Assembly (NCBI GenBank): GCA_951406725.2
Contig: OX597824.1
Location: 92,752,001-92,816,000 of the forward strand
Length of the DNA: 64,000 nt
Direction: 5' to 3'
From: Octopus vulgaris
Lineage: Eukaryota
Under the pieces are notes generated by a model. That model did not search any database, had not been told where the DNA came from, and saw nothing but the letters and a program-made list of their open reading frames with translations. Positions 56,551 to 64,000 of this stretch are shown here, piece by piece. Position 1 is the stretch's first letter, and each line of letters begins with the position of its first letter. A program made the translations under genes and the position numbers.

Positions 56551-57009
56551 GATTTTTATAAAAATATATTAGCATTTTCTACCTTGAGGTTTTTCCCCAT
56601 ACATATATATGCAGACAGAGACAGAGAGTGAGAGAGAGCGAGAGAGTGTGAGAGAGAGAGAACACAAAGTTATTTTACTGTACACGGGTAGAAATGTAGG
56701 AAAAATAGAAGTTGAAAATGAACTGAAAATAGAATACTTTTTATTAATATATTTGAAGCTTTAACACGTTTCACATATAGACTGAAATATAAATTTCATA
56801 TATAAACTAAGCATGTGTTTAATCTCTAGAAACACTTGAGAGGAAAATATTCAGAGCATTGATTGTTTGGTTTTTGTTAGTCAACCGTGCCAACCTTTAC
56901 TTACAGCGCTAAACATTGTCACTTGATACTAACACAGGGACATAGCGGGGAATCTACAAACAATTCTAAGACTAGTCATGTGACTATCCACTACCAATCA
57001 AAACCTATT

Positions 57010-57683
57010 CAAAACATATGCTAACTTGTGGGATCGCAAGCTCACGGCTAGCTCGATTTGTGAACTTCTTCCGTGGGCTCCCCTCAAAAGCAGCACTGGC
57101 TCTCCGAACTTGTATCACCGAAGCAAGTGGTCATCCTAGACTTTTTTCCTGTACAAAGATATCCACTCACTTTTGAAACTGTTCAAACCACCGTCGAATG
57201 TTCTTAGGCGAGGGCAGATTAATGTAGAATCGCCTTCAAAAAGCACGGTACACCGTGACAACCGAATTTACTTTCGCGAATTCGAGAACGACGAACGACT
57301 TTTGCTGAGGACTCGCCATTCTGAGTGCCAAGAAGCAGCTGAAAGTTGCCGGGTAGAATGACGCGACTACAGTGCTCCTGTAGCAGCCATTCAAATCTTA
57401 GAAATCTCAAACGCTACTCACTAACTTCAATGACATTAAACATAGAATACGAACAACGATCAAGTCAGTGGATTGTGATATGCTGATACACGTCTGGGAG
57501 GAATTCTCTTATCGCATTGATGTTGCCCGTGCTGCAGGTGGTAGCCACATTGAGCACTTGTAAGACAGGAAATAAAAGTTGATTGTGTTTAAATACTTGG
57601 GAATTAGCTGGAGTTTTCTATTGCTTTTCTTTATTAAAATATCACGTAATGAAATCGGTTAATTCTTTTCGAATAACCCTGTA
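57010..57683. mobile_element. Rearranged Tc1/mariner-superfamily transposon remnant
   Basis: Minus strand from ATG at 57319: MASPQQKSFVVLEFAKVNSVVTVYRA..PSPKNIRRWFEQF..RASRELAIPQ. Plus strand 57414-57563: LLTNFNDIKHRIRTTIKSVDCDMLIHVWEEFSYRIDVARAAGGSHIEHL*. Ends ACCCTG followed by TA. Confidence 0.85.
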
Positions 57684-58312
57684 TGTATGTGTATATATAT
57701 ATATTTATATATAGGCACATTAAGCACATAGTAAGATATATGTACGTTTATATGTATTTATATATGTATCTGTTTATGTATGTATGTATGTATGTATGTG
57801 CATAAATATATGCATACGGGGTGACAAATAGAACGTTTAATATGAAGCGTAAACATGGAGCAAAAAGATGATAAGTCTGATCAAGTAGACATAATGACAA
57901 CCACCTCAGTTATCTCTATATATTCTTCACGCATGATTAATCCCCCCAGCGTAATGCCTGTGTATTTTATTAATATCGGACATGTCATATATGTATTCTA
58001 TTAACATCCGTTTTACAGCGTAATGCCGTATAGATATTAATTGCTATTTTTATAGGTGAAGGAAAACTAATTTCCTTTGTTCTATATTTCTGTCTAACTC
58101 CCAGAATTTGAATTAATTTTGCTGTTTCTCTTGTATTCAAACAATTAAATTTCGTATTGTAAGGAATATATTGCTTTGTTAATTCGATTATGCTGACCTA
58201 AATATGACATTGATAAATGTAGAGCTAAAGCAATTCGAGGAACCTATGTATAACATCCACTGGTAATCTGATCGCTACACTGGCGGAGAGAAATATAGGT
58301 ATGTGTGTATGT

Positions 58313-58369
<57 letters not shown>

Positions 58370-58438
58370 TGTGTGCGTGTGTGTACAGATACGTTTATAT
58401 GTATATATATGTCGCCATATTTCCTTCCATATCGACTA

Positions 58439-58519
58439 TCTCTGATGAGTGTAGAATTATATAATAGGATTTTTACCTGTCGCTCCATTGTATTCTTTAG
58501 GCGAAACCGAATGGTAAGA
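58439..58519 (+). ncRNA. Type I hammerhead ribozyme with intact core
   Basis: TCT CTGATGA GTGTAGAAT..ATTCTTTAGGC GAAAC CGAATG GTA AGA. Confidence 0.72.
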
Positions 58520-58575
58520 CCAGCCGTTGTGGATATTTAAAGCTACAAAATTCGGATGACACACACACACACACT

Positions 58576-58629
<54 letters not shown>

Positions 58630-58762
58630 GATATAGATATATATATAGATATAGATATAGATATAGATATATATATATGTACATATATATATGTGCATAT
58701 ATTGCATATATATATATACATATATATACATAGGTATATATATATATAATATATATATATAT

Positions 58763-58847
<85 letters not shown>

Positions 58848-58950
58848 ATACATATATATGAGTTATAAGGAAAGGCTGGTACAGATCTAATATCGCTTTG
58901 AAATATTTCGGTCCTCACCTCTTTTATAGGTGTGTGTGTGTATGTCTGAG

Positions 58951-58985
<35 letters not shown>

Positions 58986-60387
58986 ATGTGTGTATGTGTT
59001 TGTGTGTGTGAGTGTGTGTGTGTGTGTGTATGTGTGTGTGTGTATGTGTGTGTGTATTTAGGTATATATATACTTTGGAATTGACGATACATTGGGTTTT
59101 CTTTCAGTTTTTAATCGCCAAATCCTCGATTGGCTATAATTCGCGGAAGGAAATTGTCTCCAATGGAATGCATATTCGTCCTTTTTTTCGGTAAGATGCT
59201 TTTCGTCCATAATCGACAATTGCTATAATCATTTTTTCTTGTTTTGTTTTTCTACCTGTAAAAGATTTTGAAGGAAGGAAAGAAATGTTTACAAAAAGTG
59301 AAGGTGTATTAAGGAGAATCAACACAATATGTGCGCGTATGCCTGTGCCTGTGTGTGCTTGTGTGTGTGTGTGCATATGCCTCTCTGTGTGTCGGTGTGC
59401 GCGTGTGCTTCTGTGCGCGTGTGCTTCTGTGCTCATGCGCTTGTGTGAGAGTGTGCTTCTTTTATGTGTATGTCTGCGTGTGTGTTTTCCTGTGTGTGCG
59501 TGTACTTGTCTGCTCGTGTGCCTGTGGGTTCGTGTGGATCTTTGAATGTGCTTGTGTGTGCGTATGATTGTGTGCCTGTGTGCGTGTGTGTCTGTTCGTC
59601 CGTGTACCTTTTTGTGGGTGTGCCTTTGTATGCTGTGTCTGTGTATGCGTGTGCATGTTTGCTTGTGTTATTATGTATGCGTGTCTCTGTGTGTGCCTCT
59701 GCGTGTGTCCGTGTGTGCGTAGGGCACTGTGCCCTAGTGCGTTGACCTTTCGTTTTCTCATATTCGCAACATCTATTTCCACTTCCTACCCCTATCATTT
59801 CTCACCATTCCACATACAATCCCAGACTCTTTACATTCGATGCATTGACTAAATCTGAGTTCTCGTACACTAAAACCATTCTTCAGAGATGCCCAAACAT
59901 TGGTGCATTAGAACCCTTTCTGTTCTTTCTTCATTCTCTTCATTCATGATATAGCCACGAATTATTTCCACATAGTGTGCTGTTAAGCTAGGTAGATAAA
60001 TATTTGCTCATCTTATAATTGAGTTTATTCTCTCTTAAATAAATATTTGTTAAGCAATCTTATAAGGAATTTTAATTTTCAGTATGAAATAATTTGGTTA
60101 TATAGTATATGAAGAAACGTCTTAAGATGATGCGAAATATAATCAAAGATCCTCGAAGTGTTTCGTTATTTCCGTTCATTTTGGTGTTTGTTATCATCCA
60201 AATAATTAGTAATTTATAATTTCATTATTATCATATATGATTTATAATTAGTAAATTGTATTATTATATTGTGTTTTGCGTCTCAGAGTCAGGAACACTG
60301 CAAAAGTTGTTATATAATTCCGATAGTTATTCCATATCATATATGTATGAATTTATGTATGAATTTGTATTAGCCATACATGAAGAG

Positions 60388-60578
60388 TGTGGAGGCTCAT
60401 GGCCAAGTGGTTAGAGCAGTGGACTCGCAGTCGAGAGATCGTGAGTTCGAATCTCAGACTGGATGATGTGTATGTGAATGAGCGAAACACTTAAACTCCA
60501 CGCGTCTCCGGCAGAAGGTAATGGCGGACTTCTGCTGACTCTTTAGCCACAACGTTCTCTCGGTCGTTCCTCATGCAT
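60388..60578 (+). mobile_element. SINE family B variant, 5' part
   Basis: GTGGAGGCTCATGGCCAAGTGGTTAGAGCAG..GAGCGAAACAC. Confidence 0.75.
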
Positions 60579-60709
60579 CATATATATATATATATATATA
60601 CATTTATATAAGTATATATATATATAATAATATACATACACATAAGGTTACAGATAATCCAATATGTATACTGGAGTATACAAAAACATCCATATCAATG
60701 GGTACATAT

Positions 60710-60746
<37 letters not shown>

Positions 60747-60779
60747 TATATGTGTGTGTGTGTGTGTCTGTGTGTCTTT

Positions 60780-61000
60780 ACATCTGCGGTAGTACCTTGC
60801 TCCCTCCCCCCACCTCAATGCTTGACGACTGAGGCTGGTTAGTTAACGTCACCGTAAATTAGCGATTCGACAAACCTGAAACAAGAATAAGTAACAGAGC
60901 TGGAAAATAAACTCCGGTGACGACCTTTCCGACGGAAACTTTTTCCCGGTGGAACCCTAGCATAGCTGTGTTCCAATGACAAAAAAAGAATCGAAATACA
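60780..61000 (+). mobile_element. SINE family A, old 3' half
   Basis: GCTTGACGACTGAGGCTGG..TAGCGATTCGACAAA..AGAATAAGTA. Confidence 0.55.
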
Positions 61001-61586
61001 TAACATAAAAGATTCGTGTATCAAAAGTAATATTTTATAAGGAATATATGTTTGGCACTAACGCTCTGGAATATTTATTTCATTCGCAATATTAATGTTC
61101 TAGAGCACGAAAATGGCATGTGGCAGATACGTGTAGCTCGTTAATTGTCTTTAGGGCAATAGGTCTTTATATTGCACTCAGTAACTGTGTGTGTCAGAGA
61201 GAACTGCTACTGCCTTTGTTATTCACACAATGGCGAAAATTAATTACTTTTCAATTCCACTATCAATTTCAATTAGTACGCTTGTCTTCCAATGGAAAAA
61301 CCTTTTTTTTTTTTCCTCCTCAAGTCTAAGCAATCTGCGGCGATATATCCGCACGCATCGGTAACGTTCTGTTCGCTCTCATCGCTTCCTCCATTCTGAC
61401 TCAGTCTTCCTTCGGTTACAACCACTAGCAAATTAACTCACGTTCACACACACACACACACACATACAGACACACACACACACACATATATATATACACA
61501 CACTCATACATACACACACACACATACACACACATGTATATATGTATATGGATGTATATATACAATATATATATATACATATAGAA

Positions 61587-61621
<35 letters not shown>

Positions 61622-62019
61622 TGTGTGTGTGTGTGCGTATCTGTGATTGTGTGTGCGCTTAAGTGTGTGCACGCATTTGTACGTGTTTGTGAGTGTATAT
61701 ATATATGCAAAGAGTTCAGTTTCTCAAACATAGCTGATTAATTATCTTCTAATATATTCATTTTTGCTACACGTGACAGCTTTTCTTCTCGCTATCTATC
61801 TACTCTTCCCCCTTTCGCATATACACGTCCATAGATATAAGCCTATACAGAAAGACAGAACACTGTATACTTATATATAAATATTTACACATATATGACT
61901 GCATATTAATTCCAAATACACCGACCATACCATCTGTATATATTGGGACGATGCTTTGCACATCTGTGATTGCCATGCTATGATTCCTTTAAAAATCACT
62001 TAATCTAAACCTTCAACTC

Positions 62020-62960
62020 TTTTAGGACATAAAATCGCTATTGCTACTAACCTATCTAGGACGAAGTGTTTATGTTTCGTCAGACCTCAGAACTATTTCC
62101 TATTTTACCGTCAAACGACTAATGCGAACTTTAAATATATTGATAAAATCTCCTCTCACCCGTCTAGTGTATTTAAAAACTTAATTCCAATCAAAAGCCT
62201 TAGAACCACATAGCCTACTTCCAAAGAAGTATTTGAAAACGCTGCTCCATATTTTTAGGTGCCATAGGATAGCAGCTTTACTGATGCAATATTTTATAAC
62301 CTACACCTCCTCTCTCAACTCGTCGTAAGAATATATTTCGAAAAATTGTATGGTTCGCCCAACGTCCACCTCCCTCTGTTTTTCCTTTAAAGCTAAGGCA
62401 AATATAGGTAGAAGATTCTTGCAACAAATAGATATTCATTTAGTAGATATTTCTGGAAACCGTAGACACAGTAAGATCTTTAACAGACACTCGATTAAAA
62501 TTAACATTTCTTCCACTAATGCTAAAAGATATATCATGAAGCAACCAGCGCGAACTCAAGCCTACCCTGGATGTACATGTAGAGACAAATTGAAATGTCC
62601 TTTAGGGATAAATGCGATATATCCTCGTAGATTATGAAGCACAAGTAACTGTAACCCATGACGACAGTCGAATAGAAGTCAAGTGTGTTAACGGAGCAGT
62701 GGAAGGAAGAATTTAAATTCAGATATAACATCCACCTAATCCGGGCAAGGCGGTGCTCTAGCATGATCGTAGTCCTATGACTGAAATACGATTCGTTATT
62801 CGAATCATATTTCAAGAATTTGTAGAAATTTTCCTTCACGTAATATTATATAAGGCTTCGAACAGATCTTACAAAATCCAATTCCTTACACTTTCTGACA
62901 GCGGAATGTCTCTCTATTAAACATTTATATAAATTTTTAAGAACTGCGAAAGATCACATG
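62020..62960 (+). mobile_element. Decayed Penelope-like element (end of RT, linker, GIY-YIG region)
   Basis: KYIDKISSHPSSVFKNLI; RKIVWF; KANIGRRFLQQIDIH; SKIFNRHSIKINIS; CTCRDKLKCPLG; YEAQVTV. A SINE A tail is inserted at about 62748-62787. Confidence 0.75.
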
Positions 62961-63829
62961 TTTTTATTATGAATGGGCTTTGACAGTTAAACCTTCCGTT
63001 CTTTGACAGTACCTCCTAATATATATAGAGAGAGAACAGACCTTGGCTCGGTTTCAACTCATAAAGGAAATTGATATAATTCAGACCTGCAAGGCATTTT
63101 CCAAAATTCTACCGACATAACAATCTACCAAGCTTGCATTAAATAGAGATAATCACCCAAATGTTAATATTGAAGATAATAATACGAATCCGCCGCAGCT
63201 GCGCTATGAGAATATGTAGGTGTATATGTATGACATTCTTCAGTTTTATTTCAAGATTTCTTGCCAATAGGAAAAGTTTCCTTCATTCATTAGAATTCTA
63301 ACGTCAACAACAGATAATTTTTTTTATATATCAGTATGTATGTATGTATGTATCTATGTATGTATTTTTGTATGAATGTATGTATGTATGCAAGTATATA
63401 TGTATGTATGTTTGTAAGATTTTTCTTTGGGTTTTATTTAGCTTTTTCTTAAGCGTGTTCAAGCCGGTTACTAACAGAGCAACAAGAATTTGGGGCTTAA
63501 GACAATTGCCGGTGATTGTAAATATGTGGTTGAGATGGTGAGTAGTTTGAGCTGTCGAGGCACACAACCAAGTCTGTGCATTTATTTACATAAGAATCTT
63601 AGATAGAAAATATTTGGAATGTCTTACAAATCATCACAATGCCACTAATAGCAAGGACTTAAAGAATTTAGATCAGTTCTGTTCTACTTTCTTCAAGAAA
63701 TCTAGTACTTATATGTATATCTGTAATTTTTCAGTTTTCATTCAAGATTTCTTGACAATAGAGAAAGCGTCAATTTCTAATCTAGATCCAAGGCTCTTTC
63801 ATTGGCAGTTCAACACCAACAACATCAAA

Positions 63830-63998
63830 ATTTAGAACAAGACCAGTAATTTCCGGGAAGAGGTAAATCGATCACCTCAACTTCAATTCTCCACTGTTTT
63901 TTTTTAATTTTATTTTATCGGTCTTTAATTAAAGAAAAAAACTGACACGGCGCCGTCCCTGCTCAAAAGGTAAACATGGATGAAATGCCGCTAAGCAT
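63830..63998 (-). mobile_element. SINE family C, degenerate
   Basis: GAAATGCCGCTAAGCA and TTTATCG remnants. Confidence 0.5.
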
Positions 63999-64000
63999 TT

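Overview
AT-rich, microsatellite-saturated eukaryotic DNA. The SINE repertoire looks like Octopus/cephalopod; this is recognised from memory, not searched. I find no supportable host protein-coding exon, and almost all listed ORFs are translations of simple repeats. Identifiable content: three tRNA-type SINE families; decayed CR1, RTE, R4/Dong and Penelope-like (PLE) retroelement fragments; and a rearranged Tc1/mariner remnant. The main signal is about a dozen type I hammerhead-ribozyme-like motifs of differing sequence, in short PLE pseudo-LTR-like modules, many next to (TA)n tracts. One carries a compensatory U3-A8 core, and others have C4 or U6 core variants. Several modules lie back-to-back as inverted pairs and share a downstream GCTATTTCTAG motif followed by a covarying stem. 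Hammerheads in PLEs are known in general; the variants and architecture here were read by eye and are untested.
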